A DNA stretch of 32,509 nucleotides from Verrucomicrobiota bacterium (GTDB lineage: Bacteria; Verrucomicrobiota; Verrucomicrobiia; Limisphaerales; CANJXF01), in the NCBI GenBank assembly GCA_038214755.1, contig JBBQRQ010000056.1:1-32509 (forward strand). The letters are read 5' to 3'. The notes under the pieces are model-generated. The model made no database searches and was not told where the DNA came from. It saw nothing but the letters and a program-made list of their open reading frames with translations. Numbering within the stretch: the stretch's first letter is position 1; every line of letters starts with the position of its first letter. The position numbers were made by a program, and so were the translations under genes. Of the stretch, positions 8,071-16,036 are shown piece by piece.

Positions 8071-11000
8071 TCATCCGAGCGCAGCCAGAGCAGTTTCGAC
8101 GTGCTGTTTTTTCGCCTGCCAATCCGTCAACCGCTTTTGATGTTCTTCCAAAACGGCGGGCGGAACTTTTTGAGTGAACGCGGGGTTGTTTAATTTCTGT
8201 TCGACCTTCACGATTTCGGCGTTGTTTTTTTCCAGTTCTTTTTTCAGACGGACTTTTTCGGCTTCGACATCAATCAAGCCTTCGAGGGGTAAAAACAATT
8301 CTCCGAGGGGCGAAAGCGCCGAAGGCGTTCCTTTCGTCGCCGTGAAAGTGGGATTCACTTCGAGCGATTCCGCGTTGAGCAGGATTTTCAAAACTTCGGC
8401 GTCGTGTGATTTGAAATCACGCGACGGTTTGAAAATAAATTTGACGCGTTTGCTGGAAGGAATGTTTCCTTCGCGCTGAAGGTTGCGCCCGTGAGTGACG
8501 AGTTCGTATTTCGCATCGACCAATCGCGCGTCGCTTTCATTGAGGCGGTAGTGGGATTTGAAATCGTCGTCGAAGGGTTTCGGCCACGGCGCGAACATGA
8601 TCGAATCGCCGCCCTGCCCTTTCGGCAAATCGCGATTGAAATTCATGCCGTGCCACAGTTCCTCAGTGATGAACGGAATGAACGGATGAAAAAGCCGCAG
8701 CGTGTTCGAGAGAATAAAATCCATCACGGCCAGCGTGTTGATTTTTTGAGTCGTTGAATCGTTGACTGGTTGAATCGTTGAACCGGCTTCCGATTTAACG
8801 TTTTCACGTTTTAACGATTCAACATTGTGTGACAACACCGCTTTGCTCGCTTCGATATACCAATCGCAATACTCGCTCCAAAAGAAACGGTAAAGCGCGG
8901 TGGTGGCTTCGCTGAATTTGTATTCGGCCAGTGCGCCGGAAACTTCGCGAATGGCTTGATCGAGTTTCAGCAAAATCCATTGGTCGTCGCCGGTGAGAAG
9001 TTCAGGACGAATTTCGCCTTCAGTTTCCCATGTGCTGGCGATATTCTGTCGGCTGTTCTGGTTCTCGTCTGCGCTATTTTCTGCCGACAGAATGTCGGCA
9101 GCACTTTGGTTCTGCATCTGGCGGAAGCGGCAGGCGTTCCAAAGTTTGTTACCGAAGTTGCGACCGAGTTCGACATCTTTTTCATCAAACAAAACATCCT
9201 GTCCGATGGGTGCGCTGCGCATCGTGCCGAAACGCAAAGCGTCCGCGCCGTATTTGGCGATGAGTTCGAGCGGGTCGGGCGAATTGCCGAGCGTCTTCGA
9301 CATTTTGCGACCCTGTTTGTCGCGAATGATGCCGGTGAAATAAACGTTCTTGAACGGCAGATCGCCCATGAATTCGTAGCCCGCCATGATCATGCGCGCG
9401 ACCCAGAAGAAAATAATGTCCGGCCCGGTGACGAGATCGGTCGTCGGATAAAAAGCTTTGAGCGTCGGCGTTTTTTCCGGCCAACCCATCGTGGCGAACG
9501 GCCAGAGCCAGGAACTGAACCAAGTGTCGAGGACGTCGGGGTCTTGCTCCCAGTCGGCGCCGGGAGACTCAATCTGGCAACGCGTCAAAAATTGTTCCGA
9601 GTTGACGTCCGCCAAAACGTCGGACAATTTAATTGATGAGACCGGTGTAGGCCGGGTGACCAACTTCTCTTCACGGAGATGCGTTCCCGGAGACTTGATA
9701 CCATCGGTCTCGTTTTTTTGTACTTCAACCGCTTGATGATCATAGAGCAGCCGGCCATCTTCGCGTTCCTTCACCACAATTTTAACGCGGTGCAATCGGC
9801 CTTGGTAGCGATAGCCCGCGAAAAACAGATGGACACATTTCCAAGGCGGAGCGGGCGGATCATGCGGGAGACTAACCAAATGAATTGCCCCTTCAATTAA
9901 CATGGGCAAGTGCGGCAGGAGTTTCACATTGGCAACGCCGAAATTTGAAAAAGCATGTTCGAGACTCGAGGCCCGCACCTCAATTTCCCAACCGGTATCT
10001 CGATTTAAGAATGAACGATTGAGCAGGTGGTGGGTTTCTGCCCAATGCCAAGCGGACGCACGCAATTCTTTTATATTTTTGCCGGTGATTTCGCTGTCAG
10101 AAAAATCCGGTATCTCCAAATCTTTTTTTAAATTATCCGCCGCAGTTTTCGCGTACCAAACCGGAATCCGATGCCCCCACCAAAGCTGACGACTGATGCA
10201 CCAGTCCTGAATGTTCGTCAGCCAATGATCGTAAACTTTCGCCCAGCGCTGCGGATGAAAGCGCATTTTGGTTGTCGCCCGACTCGAATGAAGTTCTTGT
10301 GTCCAGCCTGGTCCCGGTGATCCGATTTGACAACGGACCAAAAGCGAGGGATTGACCACGGCAACAAGATCAGCCAACTTAATTGCGGAGACCGATGCAG
10401 GCCAGGGGGCAAAGCTTCCCGAAACGGAAGCCTCCTCTGGAGAATACTTACCGTCGGTCTCTATTTTTTTTACCTGCACGGTTTGGTGATCATATAAGCG
10501 TAATCGGTTGTGAAATTCCTTTACGGTGAATTTGACGCTGAACAACGTGTGGCCCAGGTGGATCGCAGCGTAAAAAACATGCACACACACGATTTCACGC
10601 GCCGGAGGGTCGTGCGGCACAGTGGCCACCCTCACCGCATGACGCAGCAAAGCTGGCAGTGACGGAACCAGTTTTATGTTTGCCAATCCCTTGTTGGAAA
10701 AAGCGTGTTCCAAACTCGACTGTTGCACCGTGATGTCGAAACCCGCGTCCAAGTTTGGGAAATCGCTATTCAGAAAACCGTGTTCTTCCGCAAAACGCCA
10801 AGCCTTGGCGCGAATTTCTGATGCGCTTTGGCCGGAGATCGCGTGCCAATCCTGTTTGATGATGGGAATGATTTTCTCAGCCGCCTCATGCCATCGGGAG
10901 TTATGCCAGACGGGAATCGTAACCTCCATTCCGTACGGCTTGTCGGAATCAGCGCCCTGAATAGCCGCCTCCTCGTTCTGCTCCACGCACTCCTTGGATT

Positions 11001-12252
11001 CCTTCACCACCGGATATTTCAAAAACCATTGCTCGCTCAGGCGCGGTTCAATCGGCACGTCGGCGCGTTGACTGTAACCGACGTTGTTTTCGTAAGGCTT
11101 TTCTTCGACGAGCGCGCCGAGTTCGCGCAAACGATCCACCGCTTCATTTCGCGCCTCGAAACGGTCCAGACCGGCGAGCGATTCGCCCGCCAAATCGTTC
11201 ATCGTCCCGTTCGGATTCATGATGTCGATGAGCGGGAGTTTGTGGCGCGCGCCAATCTCGAAATCGGCTTTGTCGTGGGCGGGCGTCACCTTGAGCACGC
11301 CGGTGCCGAATTCAAAATCGACCTGTTCATCGCCAATGATGGGAATGAGTTTTTGCTCGTGCGGAATCTGAATCGGCAGCGGACGAATAATATGTTTGCC
11401 GATGAGATGCGCGTAACGCGTGTCTTTCGGATTCACGGCGACGGCGGTGTCGCCGGGAATCGTTTCAGGCCGCGTTGTGGCGATGGTGAGCCAGATGCGT
11501 CCTTGATCGTCGACTTCCGCGCCGCGTCTTTTGTCCTTCGTAGCAGCCAACGTGAGTTGGCTCTGACTTTTCTCGGAAGGAATATCAGCGGACTCATGTC
11601 CGCTGCTACCAGTAGCGTCTGCAACCTGAACTTTGAAGTGATACATGAAACCTTTTTGCGGTTTCATTTCGACTTCTTCGTCGCTAAGCGCGGTTTGCGA
11701 AACAGGACACCAATTCACCATTCGTTTGCCGCGATAGATGAGTCCCTTCTTGTAGAGATCGACGAATACGCGCTGCACGTGGCGCACGTAGTCGGCGTCC
11801 ATCGTAAAACGCTCGCGCGTCCAGTCGCACGAGCAACCAAGCTTTTTGAGTTGTTCGATGATGATACCGCCGTGCTTTTCCTTCCACGTCCACACACGCT
11901 TGATGAATTCCTCCCGCCCGATGTCGCGCTTGGATTTTTTTTCTTCCTTCCAAATCTGTTTGGACACCATGCCCTCGGTGGCGATCCCGGCGTGATCGGT
12001 GCCGGGGAGCCAGAGAACTTCCTTGCCGTCCATGCGCGCTTTGCGACTGAGAATGTCCTGGATGGTGTTGTTGAGGACATGGCCCATGTGGAGCATGCCA
12101 GTGACATTCGGCGGCGGAATGACGATGGAATAGGCGGGGCGTTTTTCACTGACGCGCGTTGGATCGGCGACAAAACATTTTTGCTCCAGCCAAAATCGAT
12201 ACCATTTTTCCTCCACGGATTGAGGCTCATAGGCTTTGGGAATTTCAGACAT
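8071..12252 (-). CDS. valS: Valyl-tRNA synthetase (about 1393 aa) with multiple in-frame insertions
   Basis: PPPNVTGMLHMGH (HIGH), ATTRPETIPGD, DWCISRQLWWGHRIP, DPDVLDTWFSS, KMSKT, YCDWYIE and a C-terminal coiled coil. Start at MSEIPKAYEP (12252). Confidence 0.98.
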   Translation of the reverse strand: MSEIPKAYEPQSVEEKWYRFWLEQKCFVADPTRVSEKRPAYSIVIPPPNVTGMLHMGHVLNNTIQDILSRKARMDGKEVLWLPGTDHAGIATEGMVSKQIWKEEKKSKRDIGREEFIKRVWTWKEKHGGIIIEQLKKLGCSCDWTRERFTMDADYVRHVQRVFVDLYKKGLIYRGKRMVNWCPVSQTALSDEEVEMKPQKGFMYHFKVQVADATGSSGHESADIPSEKSQSQLTLAATKDKRRGAEVDDQGRIWLTIATTRPETIPGDTAVAVNPKDTRYAHLIGKHIIRPLPIQIPHEQKLIPIIGDEQVDFEFGTGVLKVTPAHDKADFEIGARHKLPLIDIMNPNGTMNDLAGESLAGLDRFEARNEAVDRLRELGALVEEKPYENNVGYSQRADVPIEPRLSEQWFLKYPVVKESKECVEQNEEAAIQGADSDKPYGMEVTIPVWHNSRWHEAAEKIIPIIKQDWHAISGQSASEIRAKAWRFAEEHGFLNSDFPNLDAGFDITVQQSSLEHAFSNKGLANIKLVPSLPALLRHAVRVATVPHDPPAREIVCVHVFYAAIHLGHTLFSVKFTVKEFHNRLRLYDHQTVQVKKIETDGKYSPEEASVSGSFAPWPASVSAIKLADLVAVVNPSLLVRCQIGSPGPGWTQELHSSRATTKMRFHPQRWAKVYDHWLTNIQDWCISRQLWWGHRIPVWYAKTAADNLKKDLEIPDFSDSEITGKNIKELRASAWHWAETHHLLNRSFLNRDTGWEIEVRASSLEHAFSNFGVANVKLLPHLPMLIEGAIHLVSLPHDPPAPPWKCVHLFFAGYRYQGRLHRVKIVVKEREDGRLLYDHQAVEVQKNETDGIKSPGTHLREEKLVTRPTPVSSIKLSDVLADVNSEQFLTRCQIESPGADWEQDPDVLDTWFSSWLWPFATMGWPEKTPTLKAFYPTTDLVTGPDIIFFWVARMIMAGYEFMGDLPFKNVYFTGIIRDKQGRKMSKTLGNSPDPLELIAKYGADALRFGTMRSAPIGQDVLFDEKDVELGRNFGNKLWNACRFRQMQNQSAADILSAENSADENQNSRQNIASTWETEGEIRPELLTGDDQWILLKLDQAIREVSGALAEYKFSEATTALYRFFWSEYCDWYIEASKAVLSHNVESLKRENVKSEAGSTIQPVNDSTTQKINTLAVMDFILSNTLRLFHPFIPFITEELWHGMNFNRDLPKGQGGDSIMFAPWPKPFDDDFKSHYRLNESDARLVDAKYELVTHGRNLQREGNIPSSKRVKFIFKPSRDFKSHDAEVLKILLNAESLEVNPTFTATKGTPSALSPLGELFLPLEGLIDVEAEKVRLKKELEKNNAEIVKVEQKLNNPAFTQKVPPAVLEEHQKRLTDWQAKKQHVETALAALG
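8746..8823. repeat. Inverted octamer arrays (TTGAATCG / GATTCAAC) translated inside valS
   Basis: ttgagtcg ttgaatcg ttgactgg ttgaatcg ttgaaccg ... gatttaac gttttcac gttttaac gattcaac; protein VESLKRENVKSEAGSTIQPVNDSTTQ. Confidence 0.8.
9032..9104. repeat. REP-like doublet (family B) in frame inside valS
   Basis: gtgctggcgatattctgtcggc ... ctgccgacagaatgtcggcagcac; near-identical arm at intergenic 14149-14172. Confidence 0.85.
9712..10089 (-). other. LPD3-like domain inserted in ValRS (copy 2)
   Basis: N.DTGWEIEV..SSLEHA...LP.LIEGA...VHLFFA......HRVKIVVKE..DGRLLYDH, resembling large-polyvalent-protein domain 3 (recognised by eye). Confidence 0.7.
10465..10839 (-). other. LPD3-like domain inserted in ValRS (copy 1)
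   Basis: Aligns without gaps to copy 2; 66/130 identical residues by hand count. Confidence 0.7.
11540..11609. repeat. REP doublet (GTAG family A variant) in frame inside the valS editing-domain region
   Basis: gtagcagccaacgtgagttggct ... agcggactcatgtccgctgctac; each arm is GTAG plus a hairpin; protein GSSGHESADIPSEKSQSQLTLAAT. Confidence 0.82.
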
Positions 12253-12286
12253 AGTTAAACTGTAGAAACGCGGAGGCGCAGAGAAA

Positions 12287-13942
12287 TCATCTTTGTAAGA
12301 GCGCGTATTCCAAGGAATCCTCCAATGCTTGCAAGCTGGCCTCGATAATATTTTCGCTGACACCCACGGTACCCCATTCATTTTTGCCATCGGTAGATTC
12401 TATCAGAACACGGGTCCTGGCAGCCGTGCCGGGACTGGTCAAAGAAAACAGATCGTCGAGTGCTGGTTTTAGAAGGTCATTTCTTTCGCCAAGTATCCGC
12501 CGCGTTTCCCTCACTCCTGATTGGAAGGAATCACCTAAAATTCGAACTTTATAATCGGTGAGTCGAATTTTTTTGAGTTGAGGGAAGGACTTAACTAAGG
12601 CGGCCCGCAGAGCGGCGTCTAAAGCGTTCACTGGCCCCTGACCTTCAGCGACTTCGTCATGAACCACTTTTCCTACGCGCACACAGACGCTCGCGGCGCA
12701 GACAGACTGTTTAGCATCGCGCCGCATCGAAACGTGATACTTCTCTACCGTGAAGAATAGTTCCGGATTGTGATCCAATATACCGCGAATCAATAACGCC
12801 ATCGAAGCCTCGGCTGCCTCATATTCATACCCGTCGTGCTCACGTTGTTTGATGGTGCTGAGAATTTGTTTCAGTTCCGGAGTCTCGTTCGTGATTTTGA
12901 AACCCAGTTCCTGCGCCTTCATCACGATGTTGCTGCGGCCCGACAAATCGCTGACCAAGACGGTGCGTTCGTTTCCAACTAACTCCGGTTCGATGTGCTC
13001 ATAGCTGGCGGAAAGTTTTTGCACCGCATTTACGTGGGTTCCTCCCTTGTGCGAAAATGCGGCCGAACCCACCCACGGCAATCGCGGATTGTGCCGGATG
13101 TTGGCAATCTCATCGACGAATTGGGAAAGCTCTTTCAATCGGCGCAATGACGATATTGGCACGCAACTTTTTTTTAACTTCAGCGTCACGCAGGGAATCA
13201 CGCTGGTCAAATTGCAATTGCCCGTGCGCTCGCCGTAGCCATTGATTGTTCCTTGCACATGGACCGCGCCAGCGTCCAGCGCCGCCAACGCGTTAGCCAC
13301 ACCCAGACCAATGTCGTCGTGAGTGTGGATACCGATTTTACAATTTAATTGACTCCTGGCGAATGCGGTGATGTTCGCAATTTCCTTGGGCAAACAGCCG
13401 CCGTTGGTATCGCACAGCACGACAAGATCCGCCCCCGCTTTTTCCGCCGCCTGCCATGTGGCCAAAGCGTATTCCGGATCAAGTTTATATCCGTCGAAAC
13501 AATGTTCCGCGTCGTAGATGACAAACTTCCCGTGGTCTTTCACGAACCGAACCGTGTCGCTAATCATCGCGAGATTTTCTTCCGGCGTACAGCGCAGAAC
13601 TTCCTTTACGTGCAACATGGAAGTCTTGCCATAGATCGTCACCACAGGCGTGGCCGCGTCGATGAGCAAACGAACTTGATCATCCTTCTTCACCGAAATG
13701 TTTTTGCGTCGAGTGGAACCGAACGCCGCCAGCCGCGCGTTTTTGAATTTTCTTTTTTTCGCCTGGGCAAAAAATTCAATGTCTTTCGGATTCGATCCCG
13801 GCCAGCCGCCTTCAATGTAATGAACGCCAAAAGAATCTAATTTTTCGGCGATGCGAAGCTTGTCCGCCACCGAAAAATTCACGCCTTCACCCTGACTGCC
13901 GTCGCGCAAGGTCGTGTCGTAGATTTCAACTTCAGGTTTCAT
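12287..13942 (-). CDS. cimA: Citramalate synthase (LeuA/CimA family)
   Basis: YDTTLRDGSQGEG, IEGGWPGSNPKD, YDAEHCFDGYK, LCDTNGG, HTHDD, GYGERTGNCNL, AFSHKGGTH and WGTVGVSENIIEAS. Start at MKPEVE. Confidence 0.93.
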   Translation of the reverse strand: MKPEVEIYDTTLRDGSQGEGVNFSVADKLRIAEKLDSFGVHYIEGGWPGSNPKDIEFFAQAKKRKFKNARLAAFGSTRRKNISVKKDDQVRLLIDAATPVVTIYGKTSMLHVKEVLRCTPEENLAMISDTVRFVKDHGKFVIYDAEHCFDGYKLDPEYALATWQAAEKAGADLVVLCDTNGGCLPKEIANITAFARSQLNCKIGIHTHDDIGLGVANALAALDAGAVHVQGTINGYGERTGNCNLTSVIPCVTLKLKKSCVPISSLRRLKELSQFVDEIANIRHNPRLPWVGSAAFSHKGGTHVNAVQKLSASYEHIEPELVGNERTVLVSDLSGRSNIVMKAQELGFKITNETPELKQILSTIKQREHDGYEYEAAEASMALLIRGILDHNPELFFTVEKYHVSMRRDAKQSVCAASVCVRVGKVVHDEVAEGQGPVNALDAALRAALVKSFPQLKKIRLTDYKVRILGDSFQSGVRETRRILGERNDLLKPALDDLFSLTSPGTAARTRVLIESTDGKNEWGTVGVSENIIEASLQALEDSLEYALLQR

Positions 13943-14044
13943 TTCTTCGCCGTGGCGGAACGAAATCTCTACGACACGAATCCCGGATTGCAAAGCCCAA
14001 AGTCCTCCACACCAAGCGCTGAGTCGCACCTCGCCATCGGCACC

Positions 14045-14172
14045 GTAGCGCAGGTTTCTAACCGGCAGCGCTTAAAACATTCAAGCATCTGCGGACCGGA
14101 AATCCATGATCCGGCAGATTAAGAAATCTGTGCTCCGAGGCTGGCGTATGCCGACAGAATGTCGGTAGCACT
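14045..14172. repeat. Decayed REP cluster (GTAGCGCAG family plus one family-B arm)
   Basis: gtagcgcaggtttctaacc...gcagattaagaaatctgtgctcc followed by tgccgacagaatgtcggtagcact. Confidence 0.65.
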
Positions 14173-14182
14173 CTTCTGCGCA

Positions 14183-14380
14183 TCACCAACGCGGCGTCAA
14201 CTTCATGTGGACTTGTTCAGGCCGCGCGTTGGGCGATGGTTCCCAATCCAACGCGCAATCCACCGCGCGGCGCATCTGGGCGAACCACCATTGCGCGCGG
14301 CTCAACCGGCGTTGGCGTTGATTGTTCACAGCGCAGCGAATCGTTCCGTTCAATCCGAGTTCCATTTGTTCTTTATTCAT
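14183..14380 (-). CDS. Small hypothetical protein (65 aa)
   Basis: ATG-initiated ORF filling the gap, divergent from the pseudouridine synthase; protein-like RRLSRAQWWFAQMR...W.P...RPEQ. Confidence 0.6.
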   Translation of the reverse strand: MNKEQMELGLNGTIRCAVNNQRQRRLSRAQWWFAQMRRAVDCALDWEPSPNARPEQVHMKLTPRW

Positions 14381-14507
14381 GCGCCAAGATTATTCGCATC
14401 GGTCAGACAAAGACTGTCTAAGCGGGAGAAAGTTTTGAGGAATTCAAAAAAATTTCGCTTCACAGAAAAGTCGGGTTGATCGTTCATACTGTCGGAAACA
14501 TTTCTTG

Positions 14508-15083
14508 ATGCTCATCGCCTTCAACAAACCCTTCGGCGTCATCTCGCAATTTTCCGACGACGGGTCGGGAAATCGCACGCTCGCTGAATTCGGTTTTCCG
14601 AAAAATGTTTATTCTCTAGGACGTCTGGATGCAGATTCGGAGGGGTTGCTTCTACTAACCGACGAAACAGAGTTGAACGGAAAATTGCTGAACCCTATTC
14701 ACCGCCATCCACGAATTTACTGGGCGCAGGTGGAACGAATCCCCACCGCCAATTCACTCCAAGAATTTGCAGAGGGTGTGGTCGTGCAAAATCGTAAATC
14801 TCTTCCGTGCCGCGCTTGGATTCTTGACCCGCAACCGAACATTCCGCCGCGCGATCCACCGATTCGTTTTCGGAAATCTGTTCAGGAATGCTGGATTGGT
14901 TTGGAATTGGTCGAGGGGAAAAACCGTCAGGTGCGGCGAATGACCGCTGCCATTGGGCACCCCACACTGCGTTTGTTGCGCGTTCAAATCGGCCACTTGC
15001 CCGTGGGCGATTTGCCACGGGGCAAATGGAAAATTCTCAACGTCACGGAAAGGCAACTAGTCTTCGCATCGAAAGAAAATTGA
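14508..15083 (+). CDS. rRNA pseudouridine synthase, RsuA/RluE family (no S4 domain)
   Basis: FNKPFGVISQFS, GRLDADSEGLLLLT, PPRDPPIRFRK and EGKNRQVRRMTAAIGHPTLRLLR. Confidence 0.93.
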   Translation: MLIAFNKPFGVISQFSDDGSGNRTLAEFGFPKNVYSLGRLDADSEGLLLLTDETELNGKLLNPIHRHPRIYWAQVERIPTANSLQEFAEGVVVQNRKSLPCRAWILDPQPNIPPRDPPIRFRKSVQECWIGLELVEGKNRQVRRMTAAIGHPTLRLLRVQIGHLPVGDLPRGKWKILNVTERQLVFASKEN

Positions 15084-15097
15084 CTTGCCCAACTCGG

Positions 15098-15166
15098 TTA
15101 GAAGCGCGGACGTTCTCGTCCGCGAGTTGTTTTGATACACGCGGACGCGAACGTCCGCGCTCCTAA
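15098..15166. repeat. REP doublet, GGAG family C, ending 1 nt before the GT2 start codon
   Basis: ttagaagcgcggacgttctcgtccgcg ... cgcggacgcgaacgtccgcgctcctaa. Confidence 0.88.
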
Positions 15167-15167
15167 C

Positions 15168-15923
15168 ATGTTTCACGGAAAAAAAGTCGTCGTCGTCATG
15201 CCCGCTTACAACGCGGCGAAAACCTTGCGCCAAACTTACGACGAGGTCATGCAACAAGGCGTGGTCGATTTAGTCATCGTTGTCGATGACGCGAGCCGCG
15301 ATCAAACCACCTCCATCGCCCACGACCTTCCGAACTCGAAAGTTTTCACCCACCCAAAAAATCTTGGCTACGGCGGCAATCAAAAAACCTGTTACCGTCT
15401 GGCGCTCGAAGCCGGCGCGGACATCGTGATCATGGTGCATCCCGATTATCAATACACACCGAAGTTGATTCCCGCGATGGCCGCGATGATCGGTGGAGGA
15501 CTTTATTCCTGCGTTCTCGGCAGCCGAATTTTGGGCGGACACGCACTTAAAGGCGGGATGCCGATTTGGAAATATATCGCCAACCGTTTTCTGACGCTGG
15601 CAGAAAATATTTTGCTCGGAGCAAAACTTTCCGAATACCACACCGGCTATCGCGCGTTCTCCCGCCAGATTCTGCAACGTCTTCCCCTCCACGAAAACTC
15701 CGATGATTTTGTGTTCGACAACCAAATGCTCGCGCAAGTTTTGTGGTTCGATTACACGATTGCGGAAGTCAGTTGTCCCACCAAATATTTTCCAGAAGCG
15801 TCTTCCATCAACCTCAAGCAAAGTATTAAATATGGGTGTGGCTGTTTATCCACTGCCATGAACTTCCGGCTGGCCAAAATGGGATTGTGCCAGACCCATT
15901 TATTTCCGAAGAGGCTTGATTGA
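15168..15923 (+). CDS. Glycosyltransferase family 2 (DPM/DPG-synthase-like)
   Basis: VVVMPAYNA, VVDDASRD, NLGYGGNQKTCY, HPDYQY, VLGSR and EYHTGYRAF. Confidence 0.92.
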   Translation: MFHGKKVVVVMPAYNAAKTLRQTYDEVMQQGVVDLVIVVDDASRDQTTSIAHDLPNSKVFTHPKNLGYGGNQKTCYRLALEAGADIVIMVHPDYQYTPKLIPAMAAMIGGGLYSCVLGSRILGGHALKGGMPIWKYIANRFLTLAENILLGAKLSEYHTGYRAFSRQILQRLPLHENSDDFVFDNQMLAQVLWFDYTIAEVSCPTKYFPEASSINLKQSIKYGCGCLSTAMNFRLAKMGLCQTHLFPKRLD

Positions 15924-16036
15924 TATCCATCGACAATCCGGCGGACACGGTTTGATTTTCTTCACTTCGGCTTTCAACGGTTTTTTTGTGAGTTGAAAAG
16001 CCGGGTTGCGGCATTACTCTCAACCCAGCAGAAAAA

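Noticed and set aside
9580..10980. Inteins or introns as the explanation for the valS inserts
   Set aside because: No intein N-terminal block, His-Asn C-terminus or LAGLIDADG motif is visible, and the frame is continuous.
10828..12258. 476-aa plus-strand ORF and other long antisense ORFs (1264..2058, 5368..6183, 21792..22586, 30002..30892)
   Set aside because: Each lies opposite a well-supported gene and shows no recognisable motifs, as expected from codon bias.
12253..12390. Long N-terminal extensions in the ORF track for valS (also G1PDH, cimA, the PilV-like gene and rhodanese)
   Set aside because: They overlap upstream genes or promoter regions. Family similarity begins at the downstream ATGs used here.
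15968..16003. Imperfect inverted repeat cggctttcaac...gttgaaaagccg before the GST-like gene
   Set aside because: Short and imperfect, with no following U-tract and no second copy. No function can be assigned.
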